A stretch of DNA of 64,000 nucleotides from NCBI GenBank assembly GCA_963834385.1, contig CAWIBO010000005.1:512001-576000 (forward strand), given 5' to 3'. The stretch's first letter is position 1, and every line of letters starts with the position of its first letter. This document shows, piece by piece, positions 46,228 through 56,460 of the stretch. This stretch comes from an uncultured Verrucomicrobiae bacterium (GTDB lineage: Bacteria > Verrucomicrobiota > Verrucomicrobiia > Chthoniobacterales > UBA10450). The translations under genes and the position numbers were made by a program. The notes under the pieces are model-generated. The model was given only the letters and a program-made list of their open reading frames with translations. It did not search any database and was not told where the DNA came from.

Positions 46228-46668
46228 ATGTCCGCTGTAAAATCGTTTCGAGAACTCAATGTGTATCGTACTGCCCGTGAGGCGGCGGGGCTGATTTTTT
46301 CTCTTTCAAAGCAGTTTCCCGCTGAAGAGCGCTTCTCCCTGACCAACCAAATTCGGAGAAGTTCACGAGCCATCAAGGCCATGCTCGCCGAAGCATGGGC
46401 CCGGCGGAGATACAAGGCCGCTTTCATCAACAAGATCGACGAAGCGTTGGGCGAAACCTATGAAACGCAGTCATGGCTGGACGACGCTCTCGATAGTTCT
46501 TACATCACCCGCGCCGATTTCGACATTCTCGATCAGCACTACGACGCAATCGGCGGAATGCTTTCGCGGATGATCGATCGTGCAGAAGATTTCTGCAAAA
46601 ATCTGCCGGCGACCGATTACCGCTCCGTCGTCCGCGAGGAGGAGGTCAGTCCGATCACCGACCCCTGA
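46228..46668 (+). CDS. Four-helix-bundle protein (23S rRNA IVS-protein/bAvd-like)
   Basis: SFRELNVY...FPAEERFSLTNQIRRSSR....AEAW.RRRY..AF..K...A.GE..ETQSWL pattern. Confidence 0.9.
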   Translation: MSAVKSFRELNVYRTAREAAGLIFSLSKQFPAEERFSLTNQIRRSSRAIKAMLAEAWARRRYKAAFINKIDEALGETYETQSWLDDALDSSYITRADFDILDQHYDAIGGMLSRMIDRAEDFCKNLPATDYRSVVREEEVSPITDP

Positions 46669-46679
46669 TCACCGTTCAC
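46652..46679 (-). repeat. GTGATCA-type heptamer tract, right arm (inverted)
   Basis: Reverse complement reads gtgaacg gtgatca ggggtcg gtgatcg. Confidence 0.75.
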
Positions 46680-47564
46680 ATGGAGACAACAGAGATCCTC
46701 AAGAAAATCCGCGCCCTGGAACTCAAGACCAAGGGTCTCGTCCAGACCGCCTTCGCCGGCGAATACCATTCCGTTTTCCGCGGGCGCGGGATGAACTTCG
46801 AGGAGGTGCGCGAGTATCAGCCCGGCGATGAGATCCGCGCCATCGACTGGAATGTGACCGCACGCCTCGGTACGGCCTACGTCAAAAAATTCACGGAGGA
46901 ACGCGAGCTGACCGTGCTCCTGGTCGTGGACGTGAGCGCCTCGGGTGATTTTGGCTCGCGCAGTCAGTCGAAACGCGAGCTCGCCGCCGAAGTGGCCTGC
47001 CTTCTTGGCTTCAGCGCTATTCGCAACAACGACAAGGTCGGTCTTCTCCTCTTCACCGATGTGGTCGAGCTCTTCATCCCGCCAAAGAAGGGACGCTCGC
47101 ACACCCTGCGCATCATTCGCGAGATCCTCTTTCATCAGCCCCAGCGCCGCGGCACTGCCCCGGCGGAGGCCCTCGATTACCTGAACAAGGTGATCACGCG
47201 GCGCGCCGTCGTCTTTTTCATTTCGGATTTTCAGGCGCCCGACTTTTCCCAAGCGCTCGCCATCAGCGGCCGTCGTCATGATTTCATCGCCGTCCACGTC
47301 GAGGACGAGCGGGAGGTGGACCTGCCTGATGTCGGCATCATCATGCTCCAGGACGCGGAGACGGGGGAACAGATCGAGCTGAACACCGCCGATAAGTCCG
47401 TCCGCGCGCGTGTCCGCGCCCAGGCCGAGGCCGAGCGCGAAGATCTCTTTCGCCTCCTGCGCCGGAACAACATCGACGCCATCTCCCTCCGGACCGGGCA
47501 GGATTACCTCCCGGCTCTCCGGGCCTTCTTCAAGCAGCGCGAGCGCCGTCTCGCCATCCGATGA
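46680..47564 (+). CDS. DUF58 domain protein
   Basis: F.EVREYQPGDEIRAIDWNVTAR motif, in a moxR operon. Confidence 0.92.
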   Translation: METTEILKKIRALELKTKGLVQTAFAGEYHSVFRGRGMNFEEVREYQPGDEIRAIDWNVTARLGTAYVKKFTEERELTVLLVVDVSASGDFGSRSQSKRELAAEVACLLGFSAIRNNDKVGLLLFTDVVELFIPPKKGRSHTLRIIREILFHQPQRRGTAPAEALDYLNKVITRRAVVFFISDFQAPDFSQALAISGRRHDFIAVHVEDEREVDLPDVGIIMLQDAETGEQIELNTADKSVRARVRAQAEAEREDLFRLLRRNNIDAISLRTGQDYLPALRAFFKQRERRLAIR

Positions 47565-47571
47565 CACCCCG

Positions 47572-48060
47572 ATGCACCTGGCCCAGCTTCACGACATCGC
47601 GCCACCGGTTGATTATTCCCTTGTGCCCACGTGGGCTGTGTTCGTCGGGTCACTTCTTGTCCTTTCCCTGCTCGGCCTTGTCGTCTGGCTTCTCGCCCGT
47701 CGCCGACGACCCTTGCCGCCCCCGCCCACTCCGCGGGAAAAAGCGCTCGCGGCCCTGGCCCTTCTCCGGCCTGAGGCGGAAACGCCCTACCAATTCAGCA
47801 TCCGCGTCTCCGATGTCCTGCGCCGGTATGTTTCTGAACAGTTCCAAATCCCGTCCACCCGCCAGACTTCGATCGAGTTTCTCGCGGCCCTGGCCTCGCA
47901 GCCGGGCTTCTCCGAGCCGGAGCGGGCGCTGCTGCGCGATTTTCTTGACCGTTGTGACCTGATCAAGTTTTCCCGGTATGAGGCCACCGTGGAGGAGAGC
48001 CGCCTCCTTCTCGGCGAAGCGGAACAGTTCGTTAAAGGAGAGGCTCTTGCCCGTGTTTGA
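47572..48060 (+). CDS. Single-TM bat-operon protein (DUF4381-like)
   Basis: LHDIAPP start, one TM segment, DLIKFS; operon position. Confidence 0.7.
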   Translation: MHLAQLHDIAPPVDYSLVPTWAVFVGSLLVLSLLGLVVWLLARRRRPLPPPPTPREKALAALALLRPEAETPYQFSIRVSDVLRRYVSEQFQIPSTRQTSIEFLAALASQPGFSEPERALLRDFLDRCDLIKFSRYEATVEESRLLLGEAEQFVKGEALARV

Positions 48061-49102
48061 CTGGTGGCCGGATGACACCGGCTTTTCGTTTCAGCGCCCC
48101 TGGCTTCTGCTTCTGCTCGCCCTGATTCCGCTCATCGCCTGGCTGCGCGGGCGGCGTGGACCGTCGGCCGCCCTCGTTTTTTCCTCGACCGCCCGGGTGG
48201 CTGCCGCCGGCAGAAGCAGCGCCACGCGGGTTGGCCGCCTGCTGCGCAGTCTCCTTTTCCTTGTTCTGGCGGCGTTCATCATCGCCCTGGCCCGACCCCA
48301 ACTCGGGAAAAGCCTTACCCAGGTGGAAGCGAGCGGCATCGACATCATCATCGCGCTCGATGTTTCCACCTCGATGTTGACGAAGGATTTTACCGTCGGC
48401 GGCGATCCCGCGACCCGGCTCGAAGCCATCCGCGAAGTCACGGAACGCTTCATCGAAAGCCGGCCGAACGATCGGATCGGCCTCGTCGCCTTTGCCGGGC
48501 GACCTTATGTCGTCAGCCCCATGACACTCGACCACGACTGGCTTCTGCAGAACCTCGAGCGGGTTCGCACCGGGCTGGTCGAGGATGGCACCGCGATCGG
48601 GTCCGCCATTGCCTCGGGGTCCACCCGCCTGAATGACAAACGTTCGAAGAGTCGTGTCCTGGTTCTGCTCACCGATGGCGAAAACAACGCCGGGAGAGTC
48701 CCGCCCAACACGGCGGCGGAGGCAGCCAAGGCACTCGGCATCCGCCTTTACGCGATCGGCGCCGGCACCAACGGCATCGCGCCCGCGCCAATATTTCAGC
48801 AGACCGGCAAGCCTTACACCGACATCATGGGCAACATCATCTACCGGAACCAGCCGGTTCAGTTCAACGAAGCCGGCCTGCGTGAAGTGGCGCGCATCGC
48901 CGATGGTAAATTTTTCCGCGCCACCGATACCGCATCGCTCGAGGAGATTTACGCCGAGATCGACCGGATGGAGAAAACCACCGTCTCGGTCAACAAATAC
49001 CAGGAGTATCGCGACCTGTTTCCCGCCGTCCTGATGGCGGGCTGCGCCTTGCTTGTGGCGCAGTCGCTTCTTGCGCAGACCATCTGGAAACGGCTGCCAT
49101 GA
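48053..49102 (+). CDS. batA: BatA-like VWA domain protein
   Basis: ALARPQ, DVSTSM MIDAS, GTAIG and LLTDGENN motifs. Confidence 0.85.
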   Translation: MFDWWPDDTGFSFQRPWLLLLLALIPLIAWLRGRRGPSAALVFSSTARVAAAGRSSATRVGRLLRSLLFLVLAAFIIALARPQLGKSLTQVEASGIDIIIALDVSTSMLTKDFTVGGDPATRLEAIREVTERFIESRPNDRIGLVAFAGRPYVVSPMTLDHDWLLQNLERVRTGLVEDGTAIGSAIASGSTRLNDKRSKSRVLVLLTDGENNAGRVPPNTAAEAAKALGIRLYAIGAGTNGIAPAPIFQQTGKPYTDIMGNIIYRNQPVQFNEAGLREVARIADGKFFRATDTASLEEIYAEIDRMEKTTVSVNKYQEYRDLFPAVLMAGCALLVAQSLLAQTIWKRLP

Positions 49103-51222
49103 TCGATCTCTCGCAGCTTTCCTTCGGCGCGCCCTCCTGGTTCTGGGGACTGCTCCTCCTGCCGCTTCTGCTGTTCCTTTTCTGGCGCGCAGAACGGCGC
49201 GGCACCCGGCGCCTGCGAGAATTTGTTTCGCCCCGCCTTCTCCCGCAGCTGGCGGCGACGGTTGATCGCTTTCGCCGCACGGCCAAGTTCGTTCTCCTCC
49301 TGCTCGCCCTCGCCCTCGCCCTCGTCGCCCTGGCCAAACCTCGCTGGGGTTACACCTACGATGAGACAAAGCGAAAAGGCCTCGATCTCCTCCTGGCCGT
49401 GGACACCTCGCGCAGCATGCTCGCAAACGACATCGCGCCCAACCGGCTGGAGCGCGTCAAGCTCGCCACCCAGGATCTCCTGGCCGCCCTCGAGGGCGAT
49501 CGCATCGGCCTGATTGCCTTTGCCGGGCGCGCCTTTCTCCAGGCACCGCTCACCATCGATTACGGCGCCGCCCTCGAGGCCATTCGCGATCTCGACACCG
49601 ACACCATCCCGGAGGGCGGAAGCAATCTGGCGGCGGCGGTCAAGCTCGCCATCACTACCTACGGGAAAAGCGCGGTCGGTAATCGCGCCCTCATCATCTT
49701 CAGTGATGGCGAGGAACTGAGCGGCGATGCGGCCAAAGCCGCAAAAGAGGCGGCTGACGCCGGGGTTCGGATCTTCGCCGTCGGCGTCGGCACGCCGGAA
49801 GGATCGCTCATCCCCTTGCAGGGAGAAGGCGGAACTTCGTTTGTGAAGGACAGCAAGGGTGCGGTGGTGAAAACCCGCCTCGAGGAAGGCAGGCTGCGCG
49901 AAGTCGCGCAGGCCACCGGCGGATTCTACACCCGGCTCGAGGGCGGCCCGGCTACCATGGGCCGGATCGTCCGGGAAGGCCTCGCGGGCATGCAGGCAGG
50001 CGAGATTGATGTGCGCATGGCGCGCCGGCCGATTGAGCGCTACGAATGGCCGTTGTCCGGTGCCGTGGCGGCTCTGGCCCTTTCCTTCCTGCTGCGTGAC
50101 CGCCGGCGGCGACCCGCGCCCTCCGCCGGGGCCGCCCTGGCTTCCGTCGCCCTGCTTTTGCTGGCGCCGCCCCTTTTCGCCCGCGCCCCGGGGCTCGAGC
50201 TTTACGACCAGGAGAAATATCGCGAGGCCTACGAACAGTTCCTGCAAACGCTGCAGAAAGATCCCTCGACGAAAGCCACCGGTCGCCTGCAGTTCGATGC
50301 CGGCGCGGCCGCCTACAAGATGAAGGAATACAACAAGGCGCTCGAGGCCTTCAGCCAGGCCTTGCTTTCGCCCGAGAAAACCGTGCAGGAAGACTCGCAC
50401 TACAACCTGGGGAACACGCTTTACCAGCGCGGCGAAGGCCAGAAGGGCACCGGGCAAAAACGGGGCGACTGGCAGGATGCCATTAAGCACTACGACGAGG
50501 CGCTCAAGCTCGACCCGGCAAACAAGCAGGCGGAGGAAAACCGCGAGTTTGTGAAAAAGAAGATCGAGGAGCTAGAAAAAGCACAGGACCAGCCGCAGCC
50601 ATCGCCGCCACCACAGGACCAGCAAAAGAAGGACAAGGAGAAACAGGACCAATCGCAGGATCAGTCTGGTCAGTCTCAAGATCAGCAGCAGCAGCAACAG
50701 GGCGAGCAGGACCAATCAGAGCAGGAAAAAGGACAACAGGATCAATCCGGCCAGGGCGAACAGTCGCAGGACAACAAGGAACAGCCGGAAGCCGGGGCTT
50801 CGCCTTCGCCCGGACCGGGCGAAAGTCCGTCGCCCTCCCCTGGCTCGTCGCCGGGAGAATCCCCTTCGCCCGGCGAAGGTTCCCCTTCTCCTTCACCGGG
50901 CGGTCCGAGCCCATCGCCCTCATCCTCGTCTGACGGTGAGGCTTCTCCTTCCCCGACTGCCGGCGAAAACAAGGGGGAGACCGAAGGTTCGCCTTCCCCT
51001 TCGCCGCGTCAGGATTTGTCCGGTGAACTCCAGGAGGCTGGCGAACCCTCGGACCAGGAATCGGAGGGCAGCGCCGGAGCCATGGCCGCGACGGAACAAC
51101 CCCCGGAGGGCGAGATGACCAGGGAACAGGCCGAGCGCCTTCTCCAGTCGGTCAGGGACGAGGAAGACAGGGTCCGGCTTGATGAACGCAAAGCCTCGGG
51201 GCATGTCTATAACGACTGGTAG
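49099..51222 (+). CDS. BatB-BatC fusion (VWA, TPR, Gln-rich and Ser-Pro low-complexity tail)
   Basis: DTSRSM MIDAS; YNLGNTLY TPR; Q-rich and SPSP tracts; ends NDW. Confidence 0.85.
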   Translation: MIDLSQLSFGAPSWFWGLLLLPLLLFLFWRAERRGTRRLREFVSPRLLPQLAATVDRFRRTAKFVLLLLALALALVALAKPRWGYTYDETKRKGLDLLLAVDTSRSMLANDIAPNRLERVKLATQDLLAALEGDRIGLIAFAGRAFLQAPLTIDYGAALEAIRDLDTDTIPEGGSNLAAAVKLAITTYGKSAVGNRALIIFSDGEELSGDAAKAAKEAADAGVRIFAVGVGTPEGSLIPLQGEGGTSFVKDSKGAVVKTRLEEGRLREVAQATGGFYTRLEGGPATMGRIVREGLAGMQAGEIDVRMARRPIERYEWPLSGAVAALALSFLLRDRRRRPAPSAGAALASVALLLLAPPLFARAPGLELYDQEKYREAYEQFLQTLQKDPSTKATGRLQFDAGAAAYKMKEYNKALEAFSQALLSPEKTVQEDSHYNLGNTLYQRGEGQKGTGQKRGDWQDAIKHYDEALKLDPANKQAEENREFVKKKIEELEKAQDQPQPSPPPQDQQKKDKEKQDQSQDQSGQSQDQQQQQQGEQDQSEQEKGQQDQSGQGEQSQDNKEQPEAGASPSPGPGESPSPSPGSSPGESPSPGEGSPSPSPGGPSPSPSSSSDGEASPSPTAGENKGETEGSPSPSPRQDLSGELQEAGEPSDQESEGSAGAMAATEQPPEGEMTREQAERLLQSVRDEEDRVRLDERKASGHVYNDW

Positions 51223-51250
51223 GGCGCGCCGCCCGGCCGGTTTCACCATC

Positions 51251-53101
51251 ATGACACGCAGTTCCGTCCTTGCTCTCCTCCTTGGCAGTCTGGCCCTCCT
51301 CGTGGGCAGCCTGCCCGCGCGGGCGGATCAGGCGAACGTCACGGCGGTCCTGACCAGCTCGGAAACGGAGCTGGGCCGGCCCGTCCAGCTCCAAATCAAG
51401 GTCACGGGAACGTCGAGCGCCAATCCGCCGGCCGAAATCGCGGTGGACGGTCTCGATATTCGCCCAACCGGTTCTTCCCAGAGCTTCGAGATGCGCGGGT
51501 TCAATGTCTCCTCCAGTATCACCTACAATTACACGGTGATGCCGGAGCGAATCGGCAATTTCACCATTCCGCCACAGGACGTTCGCATCGGAAGCAACAC
51601 CCTGAAAACGCCGGCCCTGAACCTCAATGTGGCGCAGGGAAGCGGCGGCACCGCCCGTTCCCGCCGCGGGACTGGCGGCAGCCCGCAAGGCGAGGCCATC
51701 GACCCCGACAAGATCGGGTTCGTTGAGCTCGTCCTGGCCCGGAATGAGGCTTACGTCGGCGAGATGATTCCGGCGCAAATCCGCATCGGGATCAGCGCGC
51801 GTGTTCCCCTTCAGAGCTTGCAGGGCATCGACATCGCCGGGCAGGGATTCACCACCCAGAAGATGCCCGATGCACGACAGAGTTACGATACCGTGGACGG
51901 GCGGACCTATCAGGTGCTGACCTATAAAACGGCGATCTCCGCCGCGCGCCCGGGAAAGTTCGATGTCGGCCCGGTGGAGGTTCGCGCGGTCGTGCGCGTC
52001 CCGCGTCCATTGCGCAACCAGCAGATTTTTCCGCGCGATCTTTTCGACATGAACGACCCTTTCTTCGATAACTTCTTCAAGGACCCGGCCTTCGCGCCGA
52101 GCGTGGCCAAGGAGGTCACCCTGAAGAGCGAGCCGATCGCGATGGAGATCAAGCCGTTGCCCGGCAACGCCCCGCCCACGTTCACCGGCGCCATCGGCAA
52201 TTTCGCAATCGAAGCCGACGCCCAGCCGCGCACGGTCAAGATGGGCGATCCGGTAACGGTGACGGCGAAAATAACCGGGCGCGGAAACTTCGGCCGCGTC
52301 AACGCGCCGATCCTCTCGGAGGAAAAGGGCTGGCATTCCTATCCTCCGTCGCCGCAGTTCACCCAGGACGATGAAGTCGGGATGAGCGGGACGAAAACGT
52401 TTGAGATGGTGCTGACCCCGAACACGGCCAAGGAGGCGGTGCCGTCGCTGGTCTTTTCATTTTTTGATCCGCTCAAGGAAACCTATCGCACGGTCAAGAG
52501 CGACCCGATCCCGATTCAGGTCACCGGGGCGCCGGCGGTTGCTCCCTCGCCCCCGGTGACGGCCCCGACGGCAGGCCCGGCCCAGACCGCCCCGCCCAGG
52601 GCAGCGGCGGATGAACTTCTGCCGCAGCTTCCACCCGGGCCGGACCCGCTCCAATCCTTCGCGCCGCTCCATGCTCGTCCCGCCTTTTGGTTCGCCCAGG
52701 TGGTTCCCCTGCTCCTCCTGCTTGGGTTCATCGTTTGGAGCCTGCGCCGTCGTCACCTGGGTGACCGCGCAGCCCGCCGGCTCGCGGCTTTGCAGGCGGA
52801 AGCCGCCGAACTCGAGCGAAGCCTTCGGCGTGATGACCTGAAACCGGATGATTATTTCGCGCAGGCCGCGCAGGCGGTTCGGCTGAAGACCGCCCTGGCC
52901 GGCAACGCCAACCCAAACGTGGTCGATCTCGATCTCGCTCTTCGCACCTTCCAGGTGGACGCGGAACAGCGCGAGCAGCTGCGCCGGCTTTTTGAGCGCA
53001 ACGACGAACTGCGCTACAGCGGCGGCGGTAACGGCCATGCCGCTCTGACCCCGGAAAACCGGCAAAGGATCAACGATCTCGTGGCCAGCTTGAAGAAATG
53101 A
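51251..53101 (+). CDS. batD: BatD family protein
   Basis: Signal peptide; KPLP..AP..FTGAIGNF and FSFFDP motifs; operon position. Confidence 0.8.
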   Translation: MTRSSVLALLLGSLALLVGSLPARADQANVTAVLTSSETELGRPVQLQIKVTGTSSANPPAEIAVDGLDIRPTGSSQSFEMRGFNVSSSITYNYTVMPERIGNFTIPPQDVRIGSNTLKTPALNLNVAQGSGGTARSRRGTGGSPQGEAIDPDKIGFVELVLARNEAYVGEMIPAQIRIGISARVPLQSLQGIDIAGQGFTTQKMPDARQSYDTVDGRTYQVLTYKTAISAARPGKFDVGPVEVRAVVRVPRPLRNQQIFPRDLFDMNDPFFDNFFKDPAFAPSVAKEVTLKSEPIAMEIKPLPGNAPPTFTGAIGNFAIEADAQPRTVKMGDPVTVTAKITGRGNFGRVNAPILSEEKGWHSYPPSPQFTQDDEVGMSGTKTFEMVLTPNTAKEAVPSLVFSFFDPLKETYRTVKSDPIPIQVTGAPAVAPSPPVTAPTAGPAQTAPPRAAADELLPQLPPGPDPLQSFAPLHARPAFWFAQVVPLLLLLGFIVWSLRRRHLGDRAARRLAALQAEAAELERSLRRDDLKPDDYFAQAAQAVRLKTALAGNANPNVVDLDLALRTFQVDAEQREQLRRLFERNDELRYSGGGNGHAALTPENRQRINDLVASLKK

Positions 53102-53832
53102 AGCGGATTATTCTGTTGCTCGCCGGCCTGATTCTTTTCGCGCCCGCTCTCAAGGCGGACCTTGCCGCGGCCATCCGCGAAGGGAACGACCAGTTCGCCG
53201 CCGGTAAATTTGAGGAAGCGACGAAGACCTACGAGGAAGCCGCCCGCAACGGCACGGTCAGCGCCGTTCTCTTCTACAATCTCGGCAACGCCTGGTTCCG
53301 CCGGGGCGACCCTGGGCGCGCCATCCTGAACTACGAGCGGGCGCTGGCCCTCGCGCCACGCCATCCGGAGGCCGCCGCGAATCTGCGCCTCGCGCGCGAC
53401 CAGGCCCGGGCCCTGACCGCTCCCCCGAATCGTTGGGAACAAGTTGTCGGGCTGAGCACGGCCGTGCATTACGCCTGGATCGGTCTTGTCGCCTTTTGGC
53501 TCGGCCTCTTTCTGTTGACCCGCCGCCTGCTCGGCGGTCCGCGCCCGCTGCTCACTGCCGGCGCGACCGCCGCCGGGTTGATGGCCCTCGCGGCCGCCTT
53601 TGCCATTTACACCCTCGAAACAGGGATCAACGGGCAGGGTCTCGCGATCATTGTGCAACCCGACGTCACCGCACGGGTGGCTACGGCGGATAACGCCCGT
53701 GGAGTCCTCCCGCTCCCCCCCGGAAGCCGGGTCAAGCTGCTCAGTCAGCGCGGCGACTGGACCTATGCCGCGCTCCCCAACGGCGAACGCGGCTGGATTC
53801 CGGCGAAAGGCGCGGAACCGGTGCGTCTTTGA
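53098..53832 (+). CDS. batE: BatE-like TPR/SH3 protein
   Basis: YNLGNAWF...AILNYERAL and C-terminal GWIP. Confidence 0.8.
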   Translation: MKRIILLLAGLILFAPALKADLAAAIREGNDQFAAGKFEEATKTYEEAARNGTVSAVLFYNLGNAWFRRGDPGRAILNYERALALAPRHPEAAANLRLARDQARALTAPPNRWEQVVGLSTAVHYAWIGLVAFWLGLFLLTRRLLGGPRPLLTAGATAAGLMALAAAFAIYTLETGINGQGLAIIVQPDVTARVATADNARGVLPLPPGSRVKLLSQRGDWTYAALPNGERGWIPAKGAEPVRL

Positions 53833-53913
53833 GGCAAACGGCCCGGCTGAATTTTTCACCGGGTCGGCGCGGTCCGGGTTGAGAAGCGGCGCAATCGCTC
53901 CCATCTTCAGGCG

Positions 53914-55326
53914 ATGAATGCCGAGATGGATGTTGGGACGAACAAAAAAGCGTTCCAGATCAACCTCGACGCCAAGAAGTACGGCACCTTCGCCGAGATC
54001 GGCGCCGGGCAGGAAGTGGCCCGCCGCTTCTTCCACGTCGGCGGTGCCTCCGGCACGATCGCCAAGACCATGTCGGCCTACGACATGACTTTCAGCGACG
54101 CCATTTACGGCACGGCCGAGCGCTACGTCAGCCGCGGGCGCCTCCAGACCATGCTCGACCACGAGTACAACCTCCTCCTCGAGCGTCTCGACGAGAAACT
54201 GGGCGACGAGCGCACCTTCTTCGTTTTCGCCGACACCGTGGCGGCGCGCAGTTTCAAACAGCACAACGAAGCGCATGGCTGGCTGGGGGTTCGCTTCCAG
54301 ACCCATACCCGCGGCGAACCGAGCCAGATCATCGTGCACGTGCGCATGCTCGACGAAGGCAACGTCGACCAGCAGGAGGCTCTCGGCGTGATCGGGGTCA
54401 ATCTCCTTTACGGCGCCTTCTATTATCACCAGCCCGAGAAGCTCATCTCCTCGCTGCAGGAGAACCTCGCCCCCGGCCGCATCGAGGTCGACATGATCAA
54501 ATTCTCCGGGCCGGCCTACGAAGGCGTCGATAACCGCCTGATGAGCCTCCAGCTCGTCTCGCAGGGACTGACCAACGCCGTCATGTTCACCGCCGACGGC
54601 GAGACGGTGCAGCCGGCCGAGGTCTTCTATAAAAAATCGATCCTGGTCGAGCGCGGCAGCTTCCGCCCGGTCACCCGCGCCACCAACGACATGCTCGACG
54701 GCGCCCGGCGGGCTTTCACGGGACGGGAAGAAATCGAGGAGAGCGACCTCGTTGTCCTGATGGAAATGACGCTGGAAAACCTGCTTTCCGAAGGCCAGCT
54801 CAACCACGCCGATTTCCTCGCCCGCGTTGACATCCTCGGCGCGCTTGGCCGAACCGTTCTCATCTCAAAGTTCGGCGAATACTATCGCCTGGCGGCTTAT
54901 CTCGCCCGTTACACGCGCGGCACCATCGGTCTGGTCATGGGTGTCCCGAGCCTGATGCAGATTTTCGACGAGAAATATTACCTGAATCTCGAGGGCGGCA
55001 TCCTGGAGGCCCTCGGCCGCATGTTCAAGGGAGGGCTTAAGCTCTTTGTTTATCCGAAAGTGGATGAGGCCACCGGCGAGACCATCTCCGCCACCAACCT
55101 CGATGTTTCCGATAATTTGCGGTCGCTCTACCGTTATTTGCTCGAGAACGAGTTCATTATCGAGATCACGCATTATCGGCCGGAATATCTGCGCATTTAT
55201 CCGCCCGACGCCCTGGCCAAGTTGCAGGCAGGCGACCCATCCTGGGAGCAAATGGTCCCGGCAGAAGTGATGAAAATTATAAAAGAGCGCGGCTATTTCG
55301 GTTATCAGCCCTCCCCGGCCGCGTAG
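53914..55326 (+). CDS. Conserved cytoplasmic protein, possibly nucleotidyltransferase-like
   Basis: YGTFAEIGAGQEVAR, AKTMSAYDM and ERGSFRPVT; no signal peptide. Confidence 0.6.
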   Translation: MNAEMDVGTNKKAFQINLDAKKYGTFAEIGAGQEVARRFFHVGGASGTIAKTMSAYDMTFSDAIYGTAERYVSRGRLQTMLDHEYNLLLERLDEKLGDERTFFVFADTVAARSFKQHNEAHGWLGVRFQTHTRGEPSQIIVHVRMLDEGNVDQQEALGVIGVNLLYGAFYYHQPEKLISSLQENLAPGRIEVDMIKFSGPAYEGVDNRLMSLQLVSQGLTNAVMFTADGETVQPAEVFYKKSILVERGSFRPVTRATNDMLDGARRAFTGREEIEESDLVVLMEMTLENLLSEGQLNHADFLARVDILGALGRTVLISKFGEYYRLAAYLARYTRGTIGLVMGVPSLMQIFDEKYYLNLEGGILEALGRMFKGGLKLFVYPKVDEATGETISATNLDVSDNLRSLYRYLLENEFIIEITHYRPEYLRIYPPDALAKLQAGDPSWEQMVPAEVMKIIKERGYFGYQPSPAA

Positions 55327-55408
55327 GGTCCCGGTTCATCGTCCCCAGAGGGGGAAAAAGGAAAAGTCCGGAGGCAGGCACGCTTCCGGCTACAGAATCC
55401 GCAGCATC

Positions 55409-56458
55409 ATGGCCAGACGCGGAAATTCTGTTATTGGGATCGACCTCGGGAAGCACCAGTTCAAGGGCGTTCTGCTGCAGCGCAAGAGCGAGACACGCTA
55501 CGTGCTGACCAGCTACGCCTCGCGCCCGGTGCCGGAGGAGATCAAAACTGCCGACGAACTTGCCCAGGAGATCAAGGGATTGGTCAAGGAACTCGGTGGC
55601 GGAAAAACGTGCGCCATCGCCGTGTCCGATCCTGATTCCCTGCTGCGCATCATTGAGCAGCCGGAAACGCCCACCGACCTGCTCCGCAACGCGCTGCGCC
55701 TGAACGGCCTCGCCCTGCTCAACCAGGAGTGCAAGGACTACGTCCTCGATTGCGCACCCATCGGCGCCCAGGGCCAGAATGGAACTGAGAGCGTGCCCGA
55801 CTCGAACGGCGGACCACCGAAGAAGAAGTATCTCGTCGCCGGAATGCTTCGCCCCACGGTGAAACAGATCTCCGAGGCCCTGACCAAAAGCCGCATGCAG
55901 GCCGAGCTCCTCCAGCTCGCCCCGATCTGCTCCTTTAACGCCTTCGAACTCGCCTACCCCGAGACATTCAACAACGAAACCTTTCTCCTGCTCGACATGG
56001 GCCACCTGCAAAGCACGGTCATGGTCGGCCGGCGCCGCGAGCTCGCGCTCGTCCGGAGCATTGATTACGGTGGCCGGTCCCTTGGACAGGCCCTGACGGC
56101 CGACGGCGCGCTCGATGCCGAGGCGGCTCAACTCATGGTGGCGGAAGGCGACGCCGGCATGAAGGAAATCTGCCGCGACTCCCTTACCCGTCTTGCCATT
56201 GAGGTGCGCAATTCCATCGGCTTCTTCGAGGGACAGCACGAGGAAAGCATCCACCGCGTCTTTGTCTCCGGCGGCCTGGCCCGGACGGAAACCATTCTGC
56301 AAACCCTGAGCGACGAACTTGGTCTTCCCTGCGAGATCTGGGACCCGCTCGAGACCTGCGAGGTGGCCCTCCCCCCGGCCAAGCGCCAGGCGCTCCCGAG
56401 TGAGTTTGTCTCCCTGAACGTGGCCTGCGGCGCCGCCTTCGAATACCTGCGCAACTAG
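55409..56458 (+). CDS. pilM: Type IV pilus assembly protein PilM-like
   Basis: IGIDLG, LLDMG and VSGGLA actin-like motifs. Confidence 0.8.
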   Translation: MARRGNSVIGIDLGKHQFKGVLLQRKSETRYVLTSYASRPVPEEIKTADELAQEIKGLVKELGGGKTCAIAVSDPDSLLRIIEQPETPTDLLRNALRLNGLALLNQECKDYVLDCAPIGAQGQNGTESVPDSNGGPPKKKYLVAGMLRPTVKQISEALTKSRMQAELLQLAPICSFNAFELAYPETFNNETFLLLDMGHLQSTVMVGRRRELALVRSIDYGGRSLGQALTADGALDAEAAQLMVAEGDAGMKEICRDSLTRLAIEVRNSIGFFEGQHEESIHRVFVSGGLARTETILQTLSDELGLPCEIWDPLETCEVALPPAKRQALPSEFVSLNVACGAAFEYLRN

Positions 56459-56460
56459 CC

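Noticed and set aside
53914..55326. TonB-dependent receptor label, which I recall being attached to similar proteins
   Set aside because: No signal peptide, no beta-barrel pattern, no C-terminal aromatic residue, and too short.
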